A DNA stretch of 64,000 nt from Paracoccaceae bacterium (lineage in GTDB: Bacteria; Pseudomonadota; Alphaproteobacteria; Rhodobacterales; Rhodobacteraceae): the NCBI GenBank assembly GCA_046305855.1, contig JBKDYO010000045.1, positions 6,627 to 70,626 of the forward strand. The letters are read 5' to 3'. This document shows, in pieces, positions 28,550 to 37,532 of the stretch. A program made the position numbers and the translations under genes. Positions within the stretch are counted from its first letter, which is position 1; each line of letters begins with the position of its first letter. The notes below the pieces were generated by a model that had not been told where the DNA came from, ran no database searches, and saw only the letters and a list, made by a program, of their open reading frames with translations.

Positions 28550-28605
28550 GGCGGAGGCCCCGATCCGGCCCCATGCTTGCGGCTCATCAGTCATAGGAGA
28601 TGACC

Positions 28606-29451
28606 ATGGCCTACAAATCCCTTCTGACAGTTGCCACGTCGCCCGAGGGGGTGCTTGGCACCGTCACCGCCGCCGCGCAGATCGCGCAGAAGCTGGACGC
28701 ACATCTCGATTGCCTGGCTCTGGGGGTGGACCGCACCCAGATCGGTTACTCCTATGTCGGGTCGGGGGCCGTGGTGATCGCCGCGGCGATGGACCGGGCC
28801 GAGGCGGAAGCGCGAGAGGCGGAGGCGGCGCTGAACGCGGCCATCGGGGCGCAGGGGCTGCCCTTGCGGTCATCGGTGGAATCGGTGGTGACCCAACTTG
28901 GCGCACTGACCGATGTCGTGGCCACCCGCGCACGCTATGCCGACCTTGTGGTGCTGCCGTTGCCCTACGGGAGCGCCCGCGGTGTCGAAGATGAAGCGGT
29001 GACCGAAGCGGCACTTTTCGAGGGCATGGCACCGGTGCTGATCGTGCCACCCTCCGGCATGAAAGCGGTGGAGCCGAAGCGGATCATCGTCGCCTGGAAC
29101 CAGAGCCGCGAGTCACTTGTCGCGGCGCGGCGCGCAATGCCCTTCCTGCGGCGGGCCGACATGGTGCAGATCGTGGTCATCGACCCCTCAGCGCATGGGT
29201 CGGAACGGTCAGACCCCGGTGGTCTTCTGTGCCAGCTCTTGGTCCGGCATGGGGTGCACGCCGAAGTATCCGTGCTGGCGAAGACGCTGCCGCGCGTGTC
29301 AGAGGTGCTGGCCCGGCAGGTGCTGGATGTGGATGCCGACCTTCTGGTCATGGGCGCGTACGGCCATTCGCGGTTCCGCGAGGCGATCCTGGGCGGTGCG
29401 ACCCGCGACATGCTGGAGCATGCCAACATTCCGGTTTTCCTGGCGCATTGA
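28606..29451 (+). CDS. Tandem-domain universal stress protein
   Basis: About 280 aa with two Usp-like halves. The C-terminal half ends in LLVMGAYGHSRFREAILGGATRDMLEHANIPVFLAH. Confidence 0.8.
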   Translation: MAYKSLLTVATSPEGVLGTVTAAAQIAQKLDAHLDCLALGVDRTQIGYSYVGSGAVVIAAAMDRAEAEAREAEAALNAAIGAQGLPLRSSVESVVTQLGALTDVVATRARYADLVVLPLPYGSARGVEDEAVTEAALFEGMAPVLIVPPSGMKAVEPKRIIVAWNQSRESLVAARRAMPFLRRADMVQIVVIDPSAHGSERSDPGGLLCQLLVRHGVHAEVSVLAKTLPRVSEVLARQVLDVDADLLVMGAYGHSRFREAILGGATRDMLEHANIPVFLAH

Positions 29452-29499
29452 CGCCCGGACGGGGGCAGGCGGACGGGTCCCGTCCGCAGCCCTTTCCAG

Positions 29500-30741
29500 C
29501 TACTGAACGAAGCGCGGCTGTTTGACCGAACGATCCGGAGGGCCGACGACAATCGCCTCGCCCATCGTGCCGACCGAGGCCATCATGTCCCGACGCGCAA
29601 GCAGCAGCCGCGCGATCCGTTTCGCGGCAGTACCGTCGCCAAAGGGATTTGCCTTGCCGCGCAGTTCGGCCTTGCCACCCCGCGCGAGAATCTCGCGGCC
29701 GGCCTTGATGATCCGGTCGGGGTCGGTTCCGGTCAGTTGGGCGAAACCGGCGGAAATCGCCTCGGCCCGTTCGGATTCGTTGCGCACGACAAGGATCGGC
29801 ACCCCGAACGTCGGGGCCTCTTCCTGCACACCACCCGAGTCGGTGATGATCAGGGACGCCATGCTCATGAGATAGACGAAGTCCTCATATCCCAAGGGGT
29901 CGAGAAGGCGCACATTGGGCTGGTCGGCCAGCACCGCCCGGATGCTGCCCGACACCGCAGGATTCGGATGGACCGGCAGCACGAAGGCGTGATCGCGAAA
30001 CTCCTCCGCCAAGTCGCGCAGGGCCATCGCGACCCCGGTCATGACCGAGCCATGGCTTTCGCGGCGATGGAGCGTGACCAGCACGATCGGCTTGCCACCC
30101 GAAAGCCCCTGCTGCCAGGCATCCAGCCGCAACGAGGTAACGGCAGACTTCGAGATCGCGGCCCGGATTTCGATCAGCGCATCGACGACCGTGTTGCCCG
30201 TCAGATGAACCCGTTCCGGCGCGATGCCTTCGGCGAGCAGATTCTGCCGCGCCCATTCGGTCGGGGCAAAATGCAGGTCGGCAATCGGCGCGATCATGCG
30301 GCGATAGCCTTCTTCGGGCCAAGGTCCGGCAAGGTTGCCAGTGCGCAGCCCGGCTTCAACATGGGCGACGGGCACACCGGCATGGAACCCGGCCATCGCC
30401 CCGGCGAGGGCTGTCGACGTATCGCCCTGCACGATGATCCGGTCTTGCGGCCGCTGGTCAAGCAAGGCCGAAATCGCCCGGTGCAGATCGGTAAAGCGGC
30501 CAGCCGCAGAGGTTGCACCTGCGTCAAGCTTGAGGATCACATCCGGCCTGATCCCGAAGGTCAGAAGCGCGTCGCGCGCCATTTCGGGGTGCTGACCTGA
30601 CAGGCAGGTGGTCAGCTTCACCGTCGGTTCGCGTCGCAGCGCCTGCACCACAGGCGCAAGCTTGATCGCTTCGGGCCGGGTGCCGATCATCACCAGGATC
30701 CGGTGCATGCGACTGGTACGTTCCATTAACACGTTCATCAC
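29500..30741 (-). CDS. wecB: UDP-N-acetylglucosamine 2-epimerase (non-hydrolysing)
   Basis: ILVMIGTRPEAIKLAPV, HVEAGLRT and DSGGVQEEAP are WecB hallmarks. The true start is probably ATG at 30708 (MHRILVM). It has a C-terminal extension of about 30 aa. Confidence 0.85.
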   Translation of the reverse strand: MMNVLMERTSRMHRILVMIGTRPEAIKLAPVVQALRREPTVKLTTCLSGQHPEMARDALLTFGIRPDVILKLDAGATSAAGRFTDLHRAISALLDQRPQDRIIVQGDTSTALAGAMAGFHAGVPVAHVEAGLRTGNLAGPWPEEGYRRMIAPIADLHFAPTEWARQNLLAEGIAPERVHLTGNTVVDALIEIRAAISKSAVTSLRLDAWQQGLSGGKPIVLVTLHRRESHGSVMTGVAMALRDLAEEFRDHAFVLPVHPNPAVSGSIRAVLADQPNVRLLDPLGYEDFVYLMSMASLIITDSGGVQEEAPTFGVPILVVRNESERAEAISAGFAQLTGTDPDRIIKAGREILARGGKAELRGKANPFGDGTAAKRIARLLLARRDMMASVGTMGEAIVVGPPDRSVKQPRFVQ

Positions 30742-30897
30742 CTGTTCTCAGAGTTCCAACGTCTTACACATCGGCAGATATTTGTTTCGGAACCCCTAAT
30801 CTCATCACCATTCGGCCTGAGACTCGCGGCTCTTGTTGCAGGATTGCCCGGCCCCCGATTCACGTTCGACGTGATCGGAGACCGGGCACGCATCCCG

Positions 30898-33249
30898 TTA
30901 GACCAGCAAGAGATCCGACAGCGTCAGCGTGCTGCCTTCGGTCAAACTGAACAGCGCCGTGGCGTTGGCAGTCGACCCGCCATCAAGATCAAGGAAGAGC
31001 GCGCGGAAGTTGGTGTCGAAGAACAGGACCGCCGCCGTTCCGGCAAAGCTGCCGGGAAGCCCGGCCCCGGTCTGCCACATGCCGGCGAGGGTCGCCCCCG
31101 CCGCGATGCCCAGCGCCGCGCGGTCCAGAACCACCCGGTCCACCCCGGAGGTGAAGTCAAGGAACAGATCCTCGGCATCCGAGGTGATGATCTCGAAGTG
31201 ATCGACCCCGGCCCCGCCATGGTAGACGTCACGGCCCGCGCCGCCTATCAGCCGGTCTGCGCCGTCGCCGCCGTCGAGGTGATCGCCACCTGCTCCGCCA
31301 ATCAGCGTGTCGGCGTCAGCGCCACCCCAGAGGACGTCGTCGTTTTCGCCGCCATTCAGCGTGTCCTGGCCCTCCTGGCCGTAAAGCCAGTCGTTTCCAG
31401 CCCCGCCCAACAGGCTGTCGTCACCGATGCCGCCATCGAGGTTGTCGCCACCGTCGCCGCCATCCAGAAGATCGTTGCCCTCTTGTCCGAAGAGAGCGTC
31501 GGTCTCGGTTCCGCCGAACAGCGAGTCGTTGTCGAACGACCCATAAAGCCAGTCGACCCCCTGCCCACCATAGAGCGCGTCCGCGCCATAGCCGCCGTCA
31601 AGGTTGTCATCGCCCGCGTCGCCGTAAAGCAGGTCCGCACCGAACTCGCCGAACAGCGCATCGGTGTCAGCGCCACCTTCAAGACGGTCGCCGTCGTCCC
31701 CGCCATAGAGCCAGTCGACGCCGTTGCCGCCGTAAAGCGAGTCGCTCCCCGTTTCACCCTGCAGACCGTCGCCGCCGTCGCCGCCGACCAGGATATCATT
31801 CCCGGTTCCGCCCCAGAGCGCGTCGGTCTCGGTCCCACCATCCAGGCTGTCGTTGCCCGCGTCGCCATAAAGCCAGTCAACCCCGCCAAGTCCCGACAGC
31901 GTGTCATTCCCCGCCCCGGCCGCCAGCGTGTTGTTCAGCCCGTTGCCGGTGCCGTTCGAGGAGAAGGCGGACTTCATCAGCAGGATTTCGAGGTTCGCGC
32001 CCAGCGTATAGGTGGTGGCGAAGCTCTCGACCGTGTCGGTGCCGGCGCCTGCTGCCTCGACTGGCGCCTCAAGGTTGCTGGAGATCACATAGGTGTCGTT
32101 GCCGACGCCGCCTTCCATGACGTCCGTCCCGTCCCCGCCGTCCAAAAGGTCATCGCCTTCGCCGCCGTAAATGGTGTCGACGCCGGAACCGCCCTCAAGC
32201 GTGTCGTTGCCCTGATTGCCCGTCAGCAGGTCGGTGCCCGCATTGCCGCGCATGAAGTTGGCAACCTCGTTCCCGGTCAGGGTATCGTTGCCAGCCCCGG
32301 CATAGGCATTCTCGACCACCACGCCGCGGGCGATGGTCATGTTGTCGATAAGCCCGCCGATGTTGGAATAGGTCAGCGCGATCAGCGAGATTTCCTGGTT
32401 CTGGCTGAAGTTCGAGAAGTCGATCGTGTCGATGCCGTTTGAATCGTAGATCGTGAAGGCAATCGGCTGGCCGACATAGACATTGGTCGTTGACGCGATC
32501 GTGCCGGTCCACTGGTTCAACAGGGTCTGAAGGTAACCACCGATGTTCGAGTTGACACCGTAGGTCGAGTTGCCGCCGTTGGTCGCACCGCTAAAGCCGT
32601 AGAGATTCTGGATGGCGATGATGTCGGCGGGCATCAGGGTGGCGATCCAGGCAAAGCTGCCGGGGACCAGCGTGTTGTCGGTCTGGCTGAAATACGACAT
32701 GACCGTCGTCAGCCAGCTGTCGTTGTCATACAGGTTGTCGACGCCAAAGGTCGCGGAACCGTTGTAGTTGCCGGCATGGCCCAGACCCAGCGCATGCCCG
32801 ATCTCGTGCATGTAGGTCTGCAGCATATAGCTGTTGAGGTTCAGCGGTGCCCAGTCGGCCGGGATGTTGATGTTCGACTGGGTGATCCAGCCATTCGTGG
32901 TGCTGAAGCCCGCATAGGCCCCGTTCGGGTCGTTGTTGTCGAAGACGAGATGTGCCCCAGCCGAGATCGAGGCGACGAAGGTGATCCCGGTGACTTCGCT
33001 CCAGGCTTCCAGAGCTGCCACCGCAATGGCCTGCTCGGCTGCCGAAAGGCCGGTGACGTTGTAAGTCAAAGTGCGCGTGGTACCGAGCTGGAAGCGATAC
33101 GACTCCCCACCCCAATAGCCGTTGGTCAGCTGGTTCGCGATCTGGTCCAGCGTCCAGGGCGCCGAGAGGACTGCACCATCCGTGTCTATATGCTGGTCAA
33201 GGGCGGCAAGGGGATCTTTGGGGTCACGGATCGCGCACAGTATGCACAT
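30898..33249 (-). CDS. Serralysin-like (M10B) zinc metalloprotease with a long RTX Ca-binding repeat region, paralog 1
   Basis: HEIGHALGLGH zinc motif plus the Met-turn VMSYF. Roughly thirty GGxGxD nonapeptide repeats. The C-terminus ends in ...SDLLLV, like serralysin type I secretion signals. Start assigned to MCILCA (ATG at 33249, Shine-Dalgarno sequence AAGGAAG). Confidence 0.85.
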   Translation of the reverse strand: MCILCAIRDPKDPLAALDQHIDTDGAVLSAPWTLDQIANQLTNGYWGGESYRFQLGTTRTLTYNVTGLSAAEQAIAVAALEAWSEVTGITFVASISAGAHLVFDNNDPNGAYAGFSTTNGWITQSNINIPADWAPLNLNSYMLQTYMHEIGHALGLGHAGNYNGSATFGVDNLYDNDSWLTTVMSYFSQTDNTLVPGSFAWIATLMPADIIAIQNLYGFSGATNGGNSTYGVNSNIGGYLQTLLNQWTGTIASTTNVYVGQPIAFTIYDSNGIDTIDFSNFSQNQEISLIALTYSNIGGLIDNMTIARGVVVENAYAGAGNDTLTGNEVANFMRGNAGTDLLTGNQGNDTLEGGSGVDTIYGGEGDDLLDGGDGTDVMEGGVGNDTYVISSNLEAPVEAAGAGTDTVESFATTYTLGANLEILLMKSAFSSNGTGNGLNNTLAAGAGNDTLSGLGGVDWLYGDAGNDSLDGGTETDALWGGTGNDILVGGDGGDGLQGETGSDSLYGGNGVDWLYGGDDGDRLEGGADTDALFGEFGADLLYGDAGDDNLDGGYGADALYGGQGVDWLYGSFDNDSLFGGTETDALFGQEGNDLLDGGDGGDNLDGGIGDDSLLGGAGNDWLYGQEGQDTLNGGENDDVLWGGADADTLIGGAGGDHLDGGDGADRLIGGAGRDVYHGGAGVDHFEIITSDAEDLFLDFTSGVDRVVLDRAALGIAAGATLAGMWQTGAGLPGSFAGTAAVLFFDTNFRALFLDLDGGSTANATALFSLTEGSTLTLSDLLLV

Positions 33250-33274
33250 AGACAATCTTCCTTTGGCAAAAGGG

Positions 33275-33697
33275 TCAAGCGGGTGGGTTGGCAAGAACCT
33301 GCAGGAACAGGTCGCGACGCATGGTCTTGGTCATCGAGGTGTCCATGATGACAAAGCCGGTGGACGGTAAGGTTTGGCGCTGTCCGTTTTCGCTGATCCA
33401 GCTCGGGACAATCTCAAGCTGGTTATCGCTGGCACGTGTCACGCTGATTTCGAGGCCCGGCGCCGCAGCAGAGCCAGGGTCGGACGGTTCGATCAGCTGG
33501 ATGCCCGGCTGGGCCTTCAGAATCTCGACAAACTCGGCGCAGATGTCGGCGACGCGGTCCGGGTCGACCCCTGCCGGGGCGCTGCAGGCAAAGTGCAGCG
33601 CACCGTCCCCGAGCTGCTCACTGCCAGCTGATGTTGCAGACACTGCCACTACCCCCAGAACCGCCAGCACACGGACAATATCTACTTGAGCGTGCAT
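33275..33697 (-). CDS. Hypothetical small secreted protein between the two protease genes
   Basis: MHAQVDIVRVLAVLGVVAVSATSAGSEQ looks like a Sec signal peptide, leaving a mature protein of about 110 aa with two Cys. It ends 25 nt upstream of protease 1. Confidence 0.5.
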   Translation of the reverse strand: MHAQVDIVRVLAVLGVVAVSATSAGSEQLGDGALHFACSAPAGVDPDRVADICAEFVEILKAQPGIQLIEPSDPGSAAAPGLEISVTRASDNQLEIVPSWISENGQRQTLPSTGFVIMDTSMTKTMRRDLFLQVLANPPA

Positions 33698-34074
33698 GCC
33701 GACGATTCTCCTGCTCACGCCAATCCTCAACATGTGAGGGGAAACCTTTTCATCGGTTCGGCATATTTGTGGCAAATTAGCGGCAAATCACTTGGAGCGG
33801 TCAATGTCCGCAGCGACGTTGCGCCACGAGAACCGCGGTAATCCGCCGTTGCAGCAAGATTCAGCCGATCCAAGCAACCGACTGACGGCCCTTCGCACCG
33901 TTGGCGTTCAATAGCTTCTGGCGGTCCGCTGGAGCCCAACCGGATTCCCGCCACTGGGCTGCGCAGATTATTGACACGCCCTTGGGAGTTGCCGTCAATT
34001 CGTCACGAATTCGACTGTACCGTACTGCCGCGGCCAATTCCCCCAAGTCATCTTTTGCGACAAGGAAGACTTCA

Positions 34075-36441
34075 ATGTGCGTGATTTGTGCTATGCGCGA
34101 CCCGAACGACCTGCTGGCCAACCTGGACCAGCACCTTGACACTCCAGACCCCACCCGCCTTTCCGCGCCCGGCACATGGGACCAATTGGCACTTTACCTT
34201 ACCGAAGGCCATCACGGCGGACCGGGAGAGGGCTACAAGTGGAACCTCGACGCGTCGCGCACGATTACCTACAACATGACCGGCCTGTCTTCGGCCGAGC
34301 AGGCCATCGCGGTCGCTGCCTTTGAGGCTTACGCCGAGGTCACGGGAATCAACTTCGTCGCCACGACCGGGACGGCGCAAATCACCTTAGACAACGAGAG
34401 CGCGGGTGCCTCCGCCTCGATGAACATTTCGGGCGGGTTTCTCCGCAGGGTGACGATCGACATAAGTGACACCTGGCAGCCAGGGCATCACCTGAACAAC
34501 TACAATCTGCAGACCTACATCCACGAAATCGGGCATGCCCTGGGTCTGGGTCACCTCGGGAGTTACAATGGCGGTCGTCCGGTCTACGGCGGCGCGTCGA
34601 CCATTTTCGACAACGACAGCTGGCTGGCGTCGGTCATGTCGTATTTCAGCCAGGACCAGAACACTGTCAGCTCCACCGACAGCTTCGCCTGGATCTCGAC
34701 CCTGATGCCTGCAGACATCATCGCGATTCAGAACCTGTACGGCCACACGGGTGTAACGAACGGCGGCAACTCGACCTACGGCGTCAACTCGAACATCGGC
34801 GGCTATCTGCAGACCTTGCTCAACCAGTATACCGGGACGATCCCGGCCACGGCCAACGTCTATGTCGGGGAAAACTTCGCCTTCACGATCTACGATTCGA
34901 ACGGCATCGATACGATCGACTTCTCGAACTTCAGCCAAATCCAGGAAATCTCGCTGGTCGAGCTGACCTATTCCGACATTGGCGGGCTTGTCGACAACAT
35001 GGCCATCGCGCGTGGCGTGGTGATCGAGAACGCGACCAGCGGAAGCGGCAACGACACCCTTACCGGGAATGACGCCAACAACGTCCTGCGCGGCAACGGT
35101 GGCAACGACACGTTGTCAGGCAACCTTGGAGCCGACACGCTGGAGGGTGGTTCGGGCAACGACTCGCTCTCCGGGGGTAGCGGCGATGATTCGCTGGACG
35201 GCGGTGCCGGAAACGACACGATGGTCGGGGGGATAGGAAACGATACCTACATCCTGTCCAGTGCGTTGGACGTTATTACCGAAGCCTCTGGTCAGGGCAC
35301 CGACACGGTCCGCACCTCGCTGACCAGTCACACGCTGGGTGCCAACCTTGAGATCCTGATCCTGTCTTCGGGGCTGAGTTCGACCGGCAACGGCAACGGG
35401 CTGGACAACACCCTCGCAGCGGGGGCCGGCAACGACACACTTTCGGGCCTCGGCGGGGTCGACTGGCTTTATGGCGATGGCGGCAACGACAGCCTGGATG
35501 GCGGGACCGAGACGGATGCGCTCTGGGGCGGGACCGGGGCCGACATCCTGATCGGCGGCGACGGCGGCGACGGCTTGCAGGGCGAGACGGGGAACGACTC
35601 GCTCTATGGCGGCAACGGGGTCGACTGGCTCTATGGCGGCGACAACGACGACCGGCTGGAAGGTGGGGCGGAAACCGACGGGCTTTTCGGCGAGTTCGGC
35701 AATGACGTTCTGTATGGCGATGCCGGCAACGACAACCTGGATGGCGGCTTTGGCGCGGACGCGCTCTATGGCGGGCAGGGGGTCGACTGGCTTTATGGGT
35801 CGTTCGACAACGACTCGCTGTTTGGCGGGACTGAGACCGACGCGCTCTTCGGGCAGGAGGGCAACGATTTTCTGGACGGCGGCGATGGTGGCGACAACCT
35901 TGATGGCGGCACAGGCGACGACAACCTCTTGGGCGGCACCGGCAATGACTGGCTGTACGGACAGGCGGGCAACGACACGCTGAACGGCGGCGACAACGAC
36001 GACGTGCTGTGGGGTGGCGCAAACAACGACACCCTGACCGGGGGCTCGGGTGCCGACCATCTTGACGGTGGCGACGGCAATGACCGGCTGACCGGAGGAA
36101 CCGGGCGCGACGTCTATCACGGCGGGGCGGGGGTCGATCACTTCGAGATCATCAGCCGCGATGCCGAGGATCTGTTCCTGGACTTTACCTCGGGCACCGA
36201 CCGCTTGGTTCTGGATCGCGCAGCTCTGGGCATCGCGGCCGGGGCGACATTGGCGGGGATGTGGCAGACGGGGGCCGGGCTGCCGGGCAGTTTTACCGGA
36301 ACTGCGGCGGTCCTGTTCTACGACACCAGCTTCCGTGCCTTGTTCCTTGACCTTGACGGCGGGTCGAGCACCAACGCCACTGCGCTGTTCAGTCTGACCG
36401 CGGGCAGCACGCTGGCGCTTGGCGACCTGCTCTTGGTCTAA
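34075..36441 (+). CDS. Serralysin-like (M10B) zinc metalloprotease with a long RTX repeat region, paralog 2
   Basis: HEIGHALGLGH plus VMSYF, RTX repeats, C-terminus ...GDLLLV. Start assigned to MCVICA (ATG at 34075, Shine-Dalgarno sequence AAGGAAG). Confidence 0.85.
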   Translation: MCVICAMRDPNDLLANLDQHLDTPDPTRLSAPGTWDQLALYLTEGHHGGPGEGYKWNLDASRTITYNMTGLSSAEQAIAVAAFEAYAEVTGINFVATTGTAQITLDNESAGASASMNISGGFLRRVTIDISDTWQPGHHLNNYNLQTYIHEIGHALGLGHLGSYNGGRPVYGGASTIFDNDSWLASVMSYFSQDQNTVSSTDSFAWISTLMPADIIAIQNLYGHTGVTNGGNSTYGVNSNIGGYLQTLLNQYTGTIPATANVYVGENFAFTIYDSNGIDTIDFSNFSQIQEISLVELTYSDIGGLVDNMAIARGVVIENATSGSGNDTLTGNDANNVLRGNGGNDTLSGNLGADTLEGGSGNDSLSGGSGDDSLDGGAGNDTMVGGIGNDTYILSSALDVITEASGQGTDTVRTSLTSHTLGANLEILILSSGLSSTGNGNGLDNTLAAGAGNDTLSGLGGVDWLYGDGGNDSLDGGTETDALWGGTGADILIGGDGGDGLQGETGNDSLYGGNGVDWLYGGDNDDRLEGGAETDGLFGEFGNDVLYGDAGNDNLDGGFGADALYGGQGVDWLYGSFDNDSLFGGTETDALFGQEGNDFLDGGDGGDNLDGGTGDDNLLGGTGNDWLYGQAGNDTLNGGDNDDVLWGGANNDTLTGGSGADHLDGGDGNDRLTGGTGRDVYHGGAGVDHFEIISRDAEDLFLDFTSGTDRLVLDRAALGIAAGATLAGMWQTGAGLPGSFTGTAAVLFYDTSFRALFLDLDGGSSTNATALFSLTAGSTLALGDLLLV

Positions 36442-36624
36442 GGGCAAACACACTTGCCTCCACGTCGGAGCCTCGATCTTCCCTCATGGGAACGATGGCT
36501 CTGGCAAGTATAGAACCGGCACCACATGCCTGCGATCACATGCGATCGTGGTCAGGCTTTCCGCTACAATCACATGCGACTCCATGCATGCGTAGACTTC
36601 GGAGGTCAGGCGAAGAAAGAATTC

Positions 36625-36999
36625 CTAAAGTCGGTCCATCTCTTGCACGGCAGTTTCCCGCAGGGCCTGCAAGTCGGCGATCGCGCTGTCCATCTCGGCG
36701 CGCTGCTTTTCCAGCGCATCAAGCTGTCGGTCGGCAAGTCGCAGCCACGCTTCAAGCTGCGGACGCTCGCCCTTCTTGCCGTAGATCAGAAGCCACTGGC
36801 GGATCTCTTCCAGAGAGAATCCGAACCGCCGCCCGCGCAGGATCAGCTTCATCCGGGCAACTTCGCGCGGGCCGTAAAAGCGGGCCCGGCCCTCTTTCTC
36901 GGGGGCCAGAAGCTCGATGTATTCGTAATAGCGCAGAGTGCGCGGCGTAACATCGAACCGGGCGCACATCTCCTTGAAGCTTAGGCGGGTGTCGGTCAT
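36625..36999 (-). CDS. MerR family transcriptional regulator
   Basis: N-terminal winged helix-turn-helix FDVTPRTLRYYEYIELL plus a C-terminal coiled coil. Confidence 0.85.
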   Translation of the reverse strand: MTDTRLSFKEMCARFDVTPRTLRYYEYIELLAPEKEGRARFYGPREVARMKLILRGRRFGFSLEEIRQWLLIYGKKGERPQLEAWLRLADRQLDALEKQRAEMDSAIADLQALRETAVQEMDRL

Positions 37000-37109
37000 C
37001 CGCAGTCCTCCCGGGCCGCAGCGTAAGGTGCCAGTGGGTTTGGCGCAACGGTTTCGGGGGGTTGCCTTCCGCCGGTCCCGGCAGTTTGATGCCGACGGAG
37101 ACAGCGCCC

Positions 37110-37532
37110 ATGCCAGATACCACCGCCATCGCCCGTCAGTTCATCGCAGCCCTGCCGCACAGCAACGCGCTGGGAATGCGGCTGGAAAAGATCGACGAGG
37201 GCACCGCCACCATCGCGATGCCCTATGACCCGGCGCTGATCGGCGACCCGGAGTCCGGGGTTATTCATGGAGGCGCGGTGTCGGCCCTGATGGACACGGC
37301 CTGCGGGGCAGCGGTCATGAGCCATCCGCAGGCGGGCTTTTCCACGGCGACGCTGGACCTGCGCATCGACTACATGCGCCCGGCGACCCCGGGCCAGACC
37401 ATCCGCACCCGGGCCGAGTGCCATCATGTCACCCGCAGTGTGGCTTTCGTGCGGGCCGTCGCGACCGATGACGACGAAAGCCGACCGGTGGCGATGGCGA
37501 CCGGGGCCTTCACGGTGGAGCGCAAGGCATGA
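37110..37532 (+). CDS. PaaI-family hotdog thioesterase
   Basis: HGG motif (VIHGGAVSALMDTA). About 140 aa. GGAG Shine-Dalgarno sequence 9 nt upstream of the ATG at 37110. Confidence 0.8.
   Translation: MPDTTAIARQFIAALPHSNALGMRLEKIDEGTATIAMPYDPALIGDPESGVIHGGAVSALMDTACGAAVMSHPQAGFSTATLDLRIDYMRPATPGQTIRTRAECHHVTRSVAFVRAVATDDDESRPVAMATGAFTVERKA

Larger units (their letters stand above)
30898..36441. repeat. Head-to-head inverted pair of about 2.35-kb paralogous genes (arms 30898-33249 and 34075-36441)
   Basis: The two protein sequences align end to end. Spot checks of the DNA in the RTX halves show long near-identical stretches, for example GGGGTCGACTGGCTTTATGGGTCGTTCGACAACGACTCGCTGTT in both arms. 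Confidence 0.8.

Noticed and set aside
31200-32300. Highly periodic DNA in both protease genes (also 35050-36100) that could be mistaken for a CRISPR or tandem-repeat array.
   Set aside because: The periodicity is the 27-nt unit of the RTX GGxGxD nonapeptide inside intact ORFs. There are no invariant repeats with unique spacers and no cas genes.
33698-34074. Short ORFs (75 aa and 104 aa, minus strand) in the spacer upstream of protease 2.
   Set aside because: Their translations are Arg/Gly/Ser-rich with no start context. The region is better explained as the promoter and leader of protease 2.
30898-36441. The inverted 2.3-kb repeats as the ends of a composite transposon or other mobile element.
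   Set aside because: The arms are full-length protease genes, not IS elements. No transposase, integrase, recombinase or target-site duplication is visible. I treat this as a paralog pair, while noting that inversion by homologous recombination remains possible.
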